Origin: a virus
Virus record (IMG/VR): IMGVR_UViG_3300045988_073134
Reading direction: 5' to 3' (one strand)
Length of the DNA: 64,000 nucleotides
Shown: positions 26,783 through 34,736 of the stretch, one piece after another
Numbering within the stretch: the first letter of the stretch is position 1
Layout: the number at the start of each line of letters is the position of its first letter
Translations under genes and position numbers: made by a program
The notes under the pieces: model-generated
What the model saw: only the letters and a program-made list of their open reading frames with translations
What the model was told of the DNA's origin: nothing
Databases searched by the model: none

Positions 26783-27385
26783 TTAATTATTTTCTATTGT
26801 TTCACTTGGAGATTCCTCAACATCGTTGTCTGTACTAGTTGTATCTTCAGGGTCTATACAGCTATCATGTACGTCCTTATTAGGATAATCTTCATCGTCG
26901 TCATAATTTTCATGTCTATTCCATTCTTCTTGTTTCTTTTGTTCATATTCAGGTGTATAGTTACCATTTTCATCATTTATTTGAGTACCATCTTCATCAT
27001 AGCAAATAGGATATTTACCTTCTTGTTGTTCTTGGTCTTCTTGTTCATGTATTTTTTCTTGTTTCTTAGCTTCATCTTCTAGATGTCCACCATTTTTCTT
27101 AATTAATCCTTTTTCTTGCATTTCGTCGTCTGTCATATCGTCTTCATCTTTAGGTTGTTCTTTTGTAGTTTGTTCTTTTTTATCAGTGTCAGTAGTTTGT
27201 TGTTTTCTCTCTATTTGTTTGGCTTCATCTTTAGTTACTTTTTCTCTTTTAACGTTGCCATTTTCATCAACGTATTTAATTGTTACAGTGTCATCATCTT
27301 TACTGTCGTTATTACTACTACATCCAACTAATAAACTTGCACTTAAAATACCAGCTAATCCTAAACTCATTAATTTTTTCATCAT
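26783..27385 (-). CDS. Lipoprotein with a very acidic/charged low-complexity ectodomain
   Basis: Signal peptide plus lipobox MMKKLMSLGLAGILSASLLVGC|SSNN. The rest is rich in D/E/K/Q. ATG 27385 follows GGAGGTAAGTAAT. Confidence 0.7.
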   Translation of the reverse strand: MMKKLMSLGLAGILSASLLVGCSSNNDSKDDDTVTIKYVDENGNVKREKVTKDEAKQIERKQQTTDTDKKEQTTKEQPKDEDDMTDDEMQEKGLIKKNGGHLEDEAKKQEKIHEQEDQEQQEGKYPICYDEDGTQINDENGNYTPEYEQKKQEEWNRHENYDDDEDYPNKDVHDSCIDPEDTTSTDNDVEESPSETIENN

Positions 27386-27386
27386 A

Positions 27387-27644
27387 TTACTTACCTCCAT
27401 TTAAACTTTTTATTTTTTTAGTGTTGTATTGTTGCTCACTTGTTTTGTAAGCAGTTAAAAAATTGTTATCTTTGTCTAATACTATTGTAGTCAAGTTCAT
27501 TGTGTATATTAACTTGTTGCTTTGTTTACCAGTTACTACATCTTTGATGCCAGTTTCTAATGCTTCTAATATCTTAGATTTGTTAAGGCCATGCTTTTGA
27601 TAACTATGAAGTAATTCCATCTTGCCAAATTTTATATCTAACAT
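27387..27644 (-). CDS. Hypothetical early protein
   Basis: 85 aa. First gene behind the sigma-A-type promoter 27682-27710, with the conserved leader. Confidence 0.55.
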   Translation of the reverse strand: MLDIKFGKMELLHSYQKHGLNKSKILEALETGIKDVVTGKQSNKLIYTMNLTTIVLDKDNNFLTAYKTSEQQYNTKKIKSLNGGK

Positions 27645-27681
27645 TTACCTCAACCCCTTTTTCTTATCTTTTATTAACTTA

Positions 27682-27710
27682 ATTATACATCTACTTGTAT
27701 AATTAATCAA
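27682..27710 (-). promoter_or_regulatory. Sigma-A-type (early) promoter A: TTGATT-N17-TATAAT with an extended TG
   Basis: The minus strand reads TTGATTAATTATACAAGTAGATGTATAAT. The -35 is at 27705-27710 and the -10 at 27682-27687. The spacer and -10 form the 10-bp inverted repeat TTAATTATAC/GTATAATTAA. The conserved leader TTAATAAAAGATAAG follows. Confidence 0.75.
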
Positions 27711-27728
27711 GTGTTTTTTGAAAAAAAA

Positions 27729-27760
27729 TAAAAAAAATCCCACATTTTTTTATGTGGGAT
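27729..27760 (-). terminator. Intrinsic (bidirectional-looking) terminator upstream of early promoter A
   Basis: ATCCCACAT-A6-ATGTGGGAT with flanking T8/A-runs. Confidence 0.7.
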
Positions 27761-27772
27761 TGTGAAGTACGT

Positions 27773-28276
27773 CTATTGGTTTTTATATTCTTTTTCCACC
27801 AACCATAGTAAACAATAATTAGCTAAGTCCAATATAGTGTCATCTATTTTCTCGTCCTTTACCTTTTGTTCGTTGTTTGGGTTGCACAATGTTAATAGTC
27901 TATTATATTTGTCTGTAATCCTTACTAAGAATGATAAATCACCAAATTTTTTATATGTGTCTGCAACACTATTACCATAGTCATTATTTTTATTTTTATA
28001 AGTTTCCTCTAAGTTGTTTAATATATATTGGTATATATCCAATCTATCCATTTTAGCTTGGTTTATTGTTAGTGCCGGTTCTAACATATCTTTATTCCAT
28101 ACATAAGGGTTATTATAAGTAGCTAAATGGTAATCCCCGTCTTGGTCTATATACTCTATAGTATCAACTAAACCTCTAAATTGCAGCATATCTTCTATAA
28201 CACTACACTCTCCATATTTTTCACCTGCTTGTATACTATCTTTTATTTTAACTAAATCACCTATTTTATATTCCAT
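27773..28276 (-). CDS. Two-domain protein: an N-terminal SH3/KOW-like module and a C-terminal all-alpha MazG/DUF1599-like nucleotide-associated domain
   Basis: The C-terminal half KNKNNDYGNSVADTYKKFGDLSFLVRITDKYNRLLTL...DDTILDLANYCLLWL matches, from memory, the K-x-DYG...R-x-x-DK-x-x-R pattern of DUF1599/MazG-like proteins. Confidence 0.4.
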   Translation of the reverse strand: MEYKIGDLVKIKDSIQAGEKYGECSVIEDMLQFRGLVDTIEYIDQDGDYHLATYNNPYVWNKDMLEPALTINQAKMDRLDIYQYILNNLEETYKNKNNDYGNSVADTYKKFGDLSFLVRITDKYNRLLTLCNPNNEQKVKDEKIDDTILDLANYCLLWLVEKEYKNQ

Positions 28277-28294
28277 ACTATTTACCTCCCTTTA

Positions 28295-28537
28295 CTATTC
28301 ATTAAAACTTAATACTATATCACACGCTTTTATAATTCTATTATTTTTATATTTAGTTCTAATTTCGTCACCATTATTATATATTCTTACATTATTAGTA
28401 GTTTCGCTTAAATCTATTGTAATTGCTTTTTGCTTAACATAATCCCAGCCTACTAATAAATAACTATCTCCATCTATAATTATATCTCCACTAGTAACCA
28501 AATCCCCTTTAGGGTAGTTTTTCTTTTTAATTTCCAT
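28295..28537 (-). CDS. Hypothetical small protein
   Basis: 80 aa. It has the same RBS context (AAAGGGAGGTAAATAGT ATG GAA) as the following gene. Confidence 0.5.
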   Translation of the reverse strand: MEIKKKNYPKGDLVTSGDIIIDGDSYLLVGWDYVKQKAITIDLSETTNNVRIYNNGDEIRTKYKNNRIIKACDIVLSFNE

Positions 28538-28538
28538 A

Positions 28539-28628
28539 CTATTTACCTCCCTTTGTTACTATATAAAAATATATAAGTCCTAATAATAACTCACCAACAA
28601 CACCAAATATTAAAACTTTAATTATCAT
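28539..28628 (-). CDS. Tiny single-pass membrane peptide (29 aa, not in the track)
   Basis: GGAGGATAAAGACG precedes the ATG. The peptide is MIIKVLIFGVVGELLLGLIYFYIVTKGGK. It is stop/start coupled to its neighbours. Confidence 0.4.
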   Translation of the reverse strand: MIIKVLIFGVVGELLLGLIYFYIVTKGGK

Positions 28629-28716
28629 CGTCTTTATCCTCCACACATAATAAAACCATAACTATTAACCAAAGTATTGCTGCTAACCCTAATAAACATC
28701 CCATTAATTGTATCAT
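28618..28716 (-). CDS. Tiny single-pass membrane peptide (32 aa, not in the track)
   Basis: AGGAGGAAAAATAGT precedes the ATG. The peptide is MIQLMGCLLGLAAILWLIVMVLLCVEDKDDDN. Confidence 0.4.
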   Translation of the reverse strand: MIQLMGCLLGLAAILWLIVMVLLCVEDKDDDN

Positions 28717-28717
28717 A

Positions 28718-28906
28718 CTATTTTTCCTCCTTTAAATAATTGTCCAAGAACTGGCACAAATTTATTTTATTTCTATCCTTATATACAATGCAGTCAAAGC
28801 ATAAATGGCAAAACTCACATTGTCTATGCTCTTTTAACCTTGCTATATTGCAGGGTGCTAAGACCCTGCATTCTATTTGTTCATTAGTGTAATAATATTC
28901 GTCCAT
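28718..28906 (-). CDS. Cys-rich small protein (possible zinc-binding)
   Basis: 62 aa with C..C...CEFCHLCFDC...C. Its start overlaps the upstream stop (TAATG). Confidence 0.5.
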   Translation of the reverse strand: MDEYYYTNEQIECRVLAPCNIARLKEHRQCEFCHLCFDCIVYKDRNKINLCQFLDNYLKEEK

Positions 28907-29055
28907 TATTTATCCTCCTTATATGTTAAATATGCACATCCTATTGTTGTTGCTCCAATAATTCCCAAACTTACTGGGAATGAAAATCCAGCTATTATAG
29001 TAGCTATTGTAATTCCACCTATAGTAGCTAAGTTTGCAACTGTTGTATTATTCAT
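28906..29055 (-). CDS. 49 aa glycine-rich hydrophobic peptide (not in the track)
   Basis: AGGAGGGGG lies 6 nt before the ATG. The peptide is MNNTTVANLATIGGITIATIIAGFSFPVSLGIIGATTIGCAYLTYKEDK, with several small-xxx-small (GxxxG/A-like) spacings. Confidence 0.45.
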   Translation of the reverse strand: MNNTTVANLATIGGITIATIIAGFSFPVSLGIIGATTIGCAYLTYKEDK

Positions 29056-29068
29056 TCTTTTCCCCCTC

Positions 29069-29251
29069 CTATTTTATTTCTGTTAAATCTATTAATTTAG
29101 CGATACCGTAACATACTATCACACATGAGCCACTTATTATAGCCCATGTATACTCTCTTAAACGTATATCACCAAACATAAGTATAAAATTTACTATTGC
29201 AAATACTTTGAAAATAAATCCTAAAAATTTTAATACATTATTGTTATTCAT
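29069..29251 (-). CDS. Small two-TM membrane protein
   Basis: 60 aa. FLGFIFKVFAIVNFILMF ... WAIISGSCVIVCYGIA. RBS GGTGAGGTGGAG. Confidence 0.5.
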   Translation of the reverse strand: MNNNNVLKFLGFIFKVFAIVNFILMFGDIRLREYTWAIISGSCVIVCYGIAKLIDLTEIK

Positions 29252-29452
29252 TTACTCCACCTCACCTTTACTTAATATATATTGCATATATGCCAACCTA
29301 CAGTCCGCCGTGTCGTATTGTGCTAGGGGGCAATCTTTGCAGCCCCTAGTTTTACCATCATACATACTATCACAAAATAATTTAACTCTGTCTGTCAAGT
29401 CTGCCACTAATTCTCTATCACTTTTACTTTTTCTTCGGCTCATACATTCCAC
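29252..29452 (-). CDS. Cys-containing small protein
   Basis: 66 aa. FCDS...GCKDCPLAQYDTADC. It overlaps the thyX 3-prime end; ATG 29443 is an alternative start. Confidence 0.45.
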   Translation of the reverse strand: MECMSRRKSKSDRELVADLTDRVKLFCDSMYDGKTRGCKDCPLAQYDTADCRLAYMQYILSKGEVE

Positions 29453-30116
29453 ACCCTTTCATCTCTGGACAATAACCTAACTTCTTACATTGTGGTACTA
29501 ATAACTCTTTGTATCTCGGCTCAACTGCCACTACTTCTTTTACCATTTCTTGTACTAAATAATGTATTGGTAATTCAGCTCTATTACATAATCTTACATT
29601 AGCTAAATGTATAAGACCTTCAATGTTTACTGCAAAACTACAAGCACTTGCTATTCCTATTGGTACAAAAGTTCTTGCTATCTCGTTTGCACGTTCTTTA
29701 TCAACTCCTGCCTGCTTCATCTTTTCAATTGTTAATTGATAACAAGTGGCTGCATATTCTTCAGTTAAAAAATGGTCTCTAACTAGTAGAGGGTTTTTTC
29801 TTATCTCAGGAGCTGCGTATACATCCATTCTATCTTTTGTAACATATCTTAAAGATTGAACATTTTTAACTACTCCTACCTCATGTCTTACTAGTTGGTC
29901 AATTGTAAAACGTGGAACTCTTTGTAAGTCAAATACAAAATATAGATGTCTGCTACCGCTTAAATGTCCACTCTTAAGACAATGTAGTCCTACTTTTTCC
30001 GCCTGCTCTTTTGGTGTGTCATAACATACACAAGCAAATTCTCCATGTTTCTTGATAAATTGTGTTACCTCATCTTTATTAACTAAAGTTACTTGAAAAT
30101 TATTTTCTCCAAACAT
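29424..30116 (-). CDS. thyX: Flavin-dependent thymidylate synthase
   Basis: 230 aa with the ThyX signature region LVRHEVGVVKNVQSLRY (the RH....S......S.RY pattern). Confidence 0.75.
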   Translation of the reverse strand: MFGENNFQVTLVNKDEVTQFIKKHGEFACVCYDTPKEQAEKVGLHCLKSGHLSGSRHLYFVFDLQRVPRFTIDQLVRHEVGVVKNVQSLRYVTKDRMDVYAAPEIRKNPLLVRDHFLTEEYAATCYQLTIEKMKQAGVDKERANEIARTFVPIGIASACSFAVNIEGLIHLANVRLCNRAELPIHYLVQEMVKEVVAVEPRYKELLVPQCKKLGYCPEMKGCGMYEPKKK

Positions 30117-30373
30117 TATCTCATTACCTCCTCGTATTCTTCTTTTGTTATATTAACAACTTCACCACATCTAACACATTTTACAAAATAGTGAGTTGGA
30201 ACTAATAACATTAATATTGCTAATATAAAACATATTGGGGCAGCAATCCAACCAAGTATTGGTATCCACATCATACATCCACCAGTTAATAAAAATATTA
30301 AACTGTAGCTACCTCTACCCATTTTACAATATTGTACATCACCATTACATTTTTTACATTTACGTCTAGTCAT
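30116..30373 (-). CDS. Membrane-anchored zinc-ribbon protein
   Basis: CKKCNG...C at the N-terminus, two TM segments, and CVRCGE at the C-terminus. Confidence 0.5.
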   Translation of the reverse strand: MTRRKCKKCNGDVQYCKMGRGSYSLIFLLTGGCMMWIPILGWIAAPICFILAILMLLVPTHYFVKCVRCGEVVNITKEEYEEVMR

Positions 30374-30622
30374 TTATTTTCCCTCCTTTAAACTCTTTTT
30401 AATATCCTTTTCCAGTTTATTTAAGGTATCTAATACGGTTTTTAAATCTTTTAATTCAGTTTGCAATATACCTAATTTTAAACAATCAACTAACGCTTTC
30501 TCTAATGTCGGATAATATCTCTCTTTTGTTGTGTATGTTCCAACTTTACTCTTATAAGTTTGAATTAATACATAATTTTTATCCTTATCAGTAGTAATTT
30601 CAAATTCTTTGTTTATTTTCAT
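30374..30622 (-). CDS. Hypothetical small protein
   Basis: ATG 30622 lies 9 nt after AAGGAG. It is the first gene behind motif copy 30636-30672. Confidence 0.5.
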   Translation of the reverse strand: MKINKEFEITTDKDKNYVLIQTYKSKVGTYTTKERYYPTLEKALVDCLKLGILQTELKDLKTVLDTLNKLEKDIKKSLKEGK

Positions 30623-30635
30623 TACTATCATCTCC

Positions 30636-30672
30636 TTGTATATAGTATAGAAAAATTTAACATTTTACTAAC
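30636..30672 (-). promoter_or_regulatory. Phage promoter motif, copy 4
   Basis: ttgtatatagtatagaaaaatttaacattttactaac, 14 nt upstream of ATG 30622. Confidence 0.6.
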
Positions 30673-31567
30673 AACAACTTAAAATTTCTACAATTAAACT
30701 ATAACAAGCCATTACACCGTCATATTTACCAGTTTTAATCCCTTTATCATATTTCTGTACCAATCGTAGTGCAGTAAGTAATTTAGAAGGTTCTATACGG
30801 TTATCACGTAGTATATTATTACATATCCAACTATTAATACCAGTTACTTTGCTTATATTCTTCTCGCCTCTGTATCCTTCTACTAATACACATTTATGAA
30901 GTTGAGAATATATAGCATATATAATACCCATTACATTATTTTTATCTTCTAGTAATTGGTCTAATAACTTGAATGTTAGTTGCTCATCTTTTCTCATTAC
31001 TGCATCGGCTAACTGGAATACAGTTACATCTTCTTTTGTTGGAATATACTCATCTACTATCTTTTTATTCAACTCTTTTATTCCTGCTCTCTTGAATATA
31101 TCAAGATAATTATTTATTGTATTCAGGTCATTATTACAGGCTTCAATAAAATATTGTTTATTACTCACACTACAGTTCATATTGACTACATTCAATAATT
31201 GTTTTGTAGTCATGTGATTGAATTCAACTACACAATCATTTAATTCTTTTATGAACTTCTTACATTTATTTGGTGTTGTAACTTGTATTACTAATACTGC
31301 ATTTCTAATTCTATCACTTATACTGCTCCACGTTTTCTCACTCTTTATAAAATCCATATCATCTCTAACTACATATACTGCAAATTTACCACTTATTAAT
31401 TTACTAGTTATTTTGTTATAGATGTCTGCCACTCTGTCTACTCTTATTACATTGCCCATCTGTTTTAAGTAGATATTCTGTAATTCTATTTCTTCTCCAG
31501 TAAAAACATAAAAGGGAAGTAAACTACCTTCCCTTATTTGTGTTTGTAAGTCTAATAAACCTAACAT
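30668..31567 (-). CDS. holA: Clamp-loader delta-like subunit (HolA-like)
   Basis: About 300 aa. The N-terminus FYVFTGEEIELQN and the overall length and pattern are HolA-like. It follows the DnaX and delta-prime genes. ATG 31567 follows GTAGGAGGAATAAAATT. Confidence 0.5.
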   Translation of the reverse strand: MLGLLDLQTQIREGSLLPFYVFTGEEIELQNIYLKQMGNVIRVDRVADIYNKITSKLISGKFAVYVVRDDMDFIKSEKTWSSISDRIRNAVLVIQVTTPNKCKKFIKELNDCVVEFNHMTTKQLLNVVNMNCSVSNKQYFIEACNNDLNTINNYLDIFKRAGIKELNKKIVDEYIPTKEDVTVFQLADAVMRKDEQLTFKLLDQLLEDKNNVMGIIYAIYSQLHKCVLVEGYRGEKNISKVTGINSWICNNILRDNRIEPSKLLTALRLVQKYDKGIKTGKYDGVMACYSLIVEILSCC

Positions 31568-31725
31568 AATTTTATTCCTCCTACTATTTGTACTAAGTAC
31601 CATATTGCTATTGAAATTGCTATTGCGCTCATCCCGTCAATGTCTCTATCTCCTATTGTTTGTGTTATCCAATCAATTACTATACTCATCGCAACTATTA
31701 AACACATAAAATTAAATATTATCAT
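31561..31725 (-). CDS. 54 aa membrane peptide (not in the track)
   Basis: My translation is MIIFNFMCLIVAMSIVIDWITQTIGDRDIDGMSAIAISIAIWYLVQIVGGIKLC. The ATG lies 2 nt after the upstream stop. Confidence 0.4.
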   Translation of the reverse strand: MIIFNFMCLIVAMSIVIDWITQTIGDRDIDGMSAIAISIAIWYLVQIVGGIKLC

Positions 31726-31726
31726 A

Positions 31727-32050
31727 CTATTTTCCTCCCTTTTGTTTTTTTCTCTTTACTCCATGTTTCTTCATGTCTTGTTTTTCCCTTTGGTTGTGTT
31801 CTTGTTTCATATATAGTATATTATTTAATGTTATTTTGCTAAATTCATCTACAAATAATTTTTTATTTTTCTTACTTATCTTGATGCCATTCTCATCTTC
31901 ATTGATAGCACATACAGTTTCAAAATGTCTCGTAGCAAACCCACGGACATATTTCTCCTCGCTATACCAGGCAAAACAATCTTTATAAGCCTCTGCAAAT
32001 TGTTTGGCAAACTTTTTAATTGCTCTTGCATCATTTTGTAGTGGTAACAT
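31727..32050 (-). CDS. Hypothetical basic protein
   Basis: 107 aa with a Lys-rich C-terminus. Confidence 0.5.
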   Translation of the reverse strand: MLPLQNDARAIKKFAKQFAEAYKDCFAWYSEEKYVRGFATRHFETVCAINEDENGIKISKKNKKLFVDEFSKITLNNILYMKQEHNQREKQDMKKHGVKRKKQKGGK

Positions 32051-32051
32051 A

Positions 32052-32855
32052 TTATTTCCCCCTTAAAGTTCTAATATTTAATACCCAAATATCGAATATC
32101 AATGGTTTATTGGCTCCTCTTATTCTTAAGTCCCATAGAGCTGAGCTAGTATACTCTATCATCTTATAATCTACATAGCTGTTATGTTTCTGCTCATCTA
32201 TTACTACTTGTTTAAACAATTCTAAAAATAATTCCACTGGATAACCATCATTCTCTTTAAATCCTATTGGATTACATATCTTAAAAGCATTGCCAGTGCT
32301 GACCTTCAATATATTGTTGTATACCTTTAACGCGTATTGATACATATTAATAAAATCTTTATCAACATATTCCAATATCTGTCCAGGTGTTGTGGCTACT
32401 CTACATAATATATCTCTAGGTACTTCTCCTAAGTCGTATAAATCAAAGATGTCATTTAACTCATGTACACTGTAATTATCCATTATTAATAGTTTTGCTC
32501 TACTACGTATTGTAGCTAATAAGTTATCAATGTTTCTTACTCCAATCATTATATATCCCTTACTAGGTGGTTCTTCTGCTAATTTAAGAAGTGCATTCTG
32601 TGCTGGTATAGATAACTCATCTCCCTTTATATAAAATAATGTCGGTGTTGATATAGCAGTACAGTCTTCTATTAACTGTCTAATACCTTCTATATTATTC
32701 TCTACTGATACATAATTGTAGTGGTTATTATTAGCTATTTGTTTACTCATCAAATACTTTCCAGCTCCTCTATCACCCCACAATATAAAAAAGTGGGGGA
32801 TAGGTTGACCATTCAACTTAGCTTGTAATTTACTTTGTCCTATTATTTTAGACAT
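32052..32855 (-). CDS. holB: Clamp-loader delta-prime-like subunit (HolB-like)
   Basis: HFFILWGDRGAGKY, QNALLKLAEEPP and TIRSRA motifs. Confidence 0.7.
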   Translation of the reverse strand: MSKIIGQSKLQAKLNGQPIPHFFILWGDRGAGKYLMSKQIANNNHYNYVSVENNIEGIRQLIEDCTAISTPTLFYIKGDELSIPAQNALLKLAEEPPSKGYIMIGVRNIDNLLATIRSRAKLLIMDNYSVHELNDIFDLYDLGEVPRDILCRVATTPGQILEYVDKDFINMYQYALKVYNNILKVSTGNAFKICNPIGFKENDGYPVELFLELFKQVVIDEQKHNSYVDYKMIEYTSSALWDLRIRGANKPLIFDIWVLNIRTLRGK

Positions 32856-33856
32856 AAAATAATCAACTCGCTTTCAATCAAATTTTTAGGATTCTGCTCA
32901 TATTTTATCTTGTCTAATAAGTTATTTACTCCGTCTAATATATCTACTAAGTCATATTTTGAAGTATTAGTTGCTATGTGGATACACTGTCTCATTATGT
33001 CAGTTGGTATCATTGTTAGTTCTTTATTTCTTGTTATGTTCAGCTTACATAGGTCTAGTACAAACTTATTTAAATCTTTTACAAATAGTTTTAAGTCCTT
33101 GCCGTCTCTGTATATACTGTCTATTATTTGTATTGGCTCATCTGCTTGTTTATTTATAATACCTTGTACTATCTTTAATAGATGTTCATAGTTAGTAATA
33201 CCTAGACAATCTAATACAGCTTGTAATGTAATATCAGTTGTGTAACCAAGTACTGTATCTAGTTTCATTATGGCATCTCTCATTCCACCGTCGGCCAACT
33301 TAGCTATATACTCCAATGCCTCTATGTCATAAGTTATTTTTCCCTCTTGTTGTAATATATATTTCAATCTTTGTACTATCTCAAACTGAGGAATACGTTT
33401 AAAGTCAAATCTTTGTAGTCTGCTCAATATAGTTGCAGGTATTTTATGAGGGTCAGTAGTACATAGTATGAATATAACTCCTTTTGGTGGTTCTTCTAAT
33501 ACCTTTAATAGTGCATTAAATGCACCAATGCTTAACATGTGCACCTCGTCTATTATATATACCTTGTATTTACTATCCAGGCTCTTCATTCTACAGTCGT
33601 CAATTATACTACGTATATTATCAACCCCGTTGTTACTGGCACCGTCTATTTCAATTGGTTTTCCTTTACCACCATTTACATCACTTGCAAATATTCTTGC
33701 ACTCGTAGTTTTCCCAGTACCACTTGAGCCACAAAATAGATAAGCCTGTTTTATCTCACCAGTTTGTAATTGATTACTTAATACCTTTTTCACATTATCT
33801 TGACACACTACATCCTCAAAATGTTGTGGTCTATATTTAACAGCTAAATTCATCAT
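32843..33856 (-). CDS. dnaX: Clamp-loader ATPase, DnaX (gamma/tau-like)
   Basis: KYRPQHFEDVV, GSSGTGKTT, IIDEVHMLS, FNALLKVLEEPP and ILSRLQRF motifs. The start was set at ATG 33856 (AGGGAGGATATATTAT upstream). Confidence 0.85.
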   Translation of the reverse strand: MMNLAVKYRPQHFEDVVCQDNVKKVLSNQLQTGEIKQAYLFCGSSGTGKTTSARIFASDVNGGKGKPIEIDGASNNGVDNIRSIIDDCRMKSLDSKYKVYIIDEVHMLSIGAFNALLKVLEEPPKGVIFILCTTDPHKIPATILSRLQRFDFKRIPQFEIVQRLKYILQQEGKITYDIEALEYIAKLADGGMRDAIMKLDTVLGYTTDITLQAVLDCLGITNYEHLLKIVQGIINKQADEPIQIIDSIYRDGKDLKLFVKDLNKFVLDLCKLNITRNKELTMIPTDIMRQCIHIATNTSKYDLVDILDGVNNLLDKIKYEQNPKNLIESELIILCLK

Positions 33857-34355
33857 ATAATATATCCTCCCTTTGTATATGTTTATAAGTTTCATAATAA
33901 TAACAACTTATTATAGTACTTTCCTTTATTTCTGGAAATAAATTACATACTTCAAATCTACTTAATCCAGCTAACCTAAGGCGTCTAATTAAAATAACCT
34001 GGTCATCTGTTAATTTACAATTACCACTTTTACCTCGTTGATACCCATGTTTATATGAATGCTGTGTATTATGGGCTATTGTACACCATTCCAAATTACT
34101 TACAGTATTATCCAATTTATTACCATTTATATGATTAACACAAGGATAATTATTGGCATTGGGTAAAAACGCTTCGGCTACTAATCTATGTACTCTTTTA
34201 TAATAACGTTTATAGTTAACACATAAACATATTTCCTCATAACCACTAGACCCTATAACAGTACTCATTATTTTATTATACTTATTTTTTATACGTCCTT
34301 TATTACTTACATAATAAATCCGTCCTTGTATATTAAAAGGTCTCCACTCCTCCAT
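33837..34355 (-). CDS. HNH homing endonuclease (NUMOD4/HNH_3-like), free-standing
   Basis: EEWRPF...YYVSNKGRI, VHRLVAEAFLPN and VNHINGNKLDNTVSNLEWCTIAHNTQH motifs. It is a paralogue of 37069-37662. Confidence 0.8.
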   Translation of the reverse strand: MEEWRPFNIQGRIYYVSNKGRIKNKYNKIMSTVIGSSGYEEICLCVNYKRYYKRVHRLVAEAFLPNANNYPCVNHINGNKLDNTVSNLEWCTIAHNTQHSYKHGYQRGKSGNCKLTDDQVILIRRLRLAGLSRFEVCNLFPEIKESTIISCYYYETYKHIQREDILYDEFSC

Positions 34356-34687
34356 TATAACTCCTCCTTTAATTTCTCAATATAATCTTTTAAATCTTGT
34401 AAAGGTATTACTGCATATTCTTCCCCTACTTTTCCAAAGTCAAAGACTAATGCAGTATAAGGTCTATGCATTGCTAATGATTGTTGTTGTAGTTTTGTCA
34501 GCCACTCCCTTTTTATTGTGAACTGTGTTGTAGGTTGCATTTTTGTCTTACATTCTACTAAATAGAAGTTATCAACTAGCACATCACCTTTTTTAGTGTG
34601 GCCAGCTCCACTATTTGGTGTCACTTCTCCTTCTAAGTAATTTGCTACATATTGCTCCTGTTCATCACTTTTACTTCTCGTACTCAT
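34355..34687 (-). CDS. PD-(D/E)XK nuclease, Holliday-junction-resolvase-like
   Basis: E..V..YL ... GDVLVDNFYLVECKT matches the D-x(n)-E-x-K core. ATG 34687 lies 9 nt after GGAGG. Confidence 0.5.
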   Translation of the reverse strand: MSTRSKSDEQEQYVANYLEGEVTPNSGAGHTKKGDVLVDNFYLVECKTKMQPTTQFTIKREWLTKLQQQSLAMHRPYTALVFDFGKVGEEYAVIPLQDLKDYIEKLKEEL

Positions 34688-34699
34688 TAAAAACACCTC

Positions 34700-34736
34700 C
34701 TATATATAGTATAGGAGGTATCTCTTATTCGCTAAC
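34700..34736 (-). promoter_or_regulatory. Phage promoter motif, copy 5 (weaker -35 GTTAGCGAA)
   Basis: ctatatatagtataggaggtatctcttattcgctaac. The -10 part lies inside palindrome 34696-34718, which includes the downstream RBS. Confidence 0.45.
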
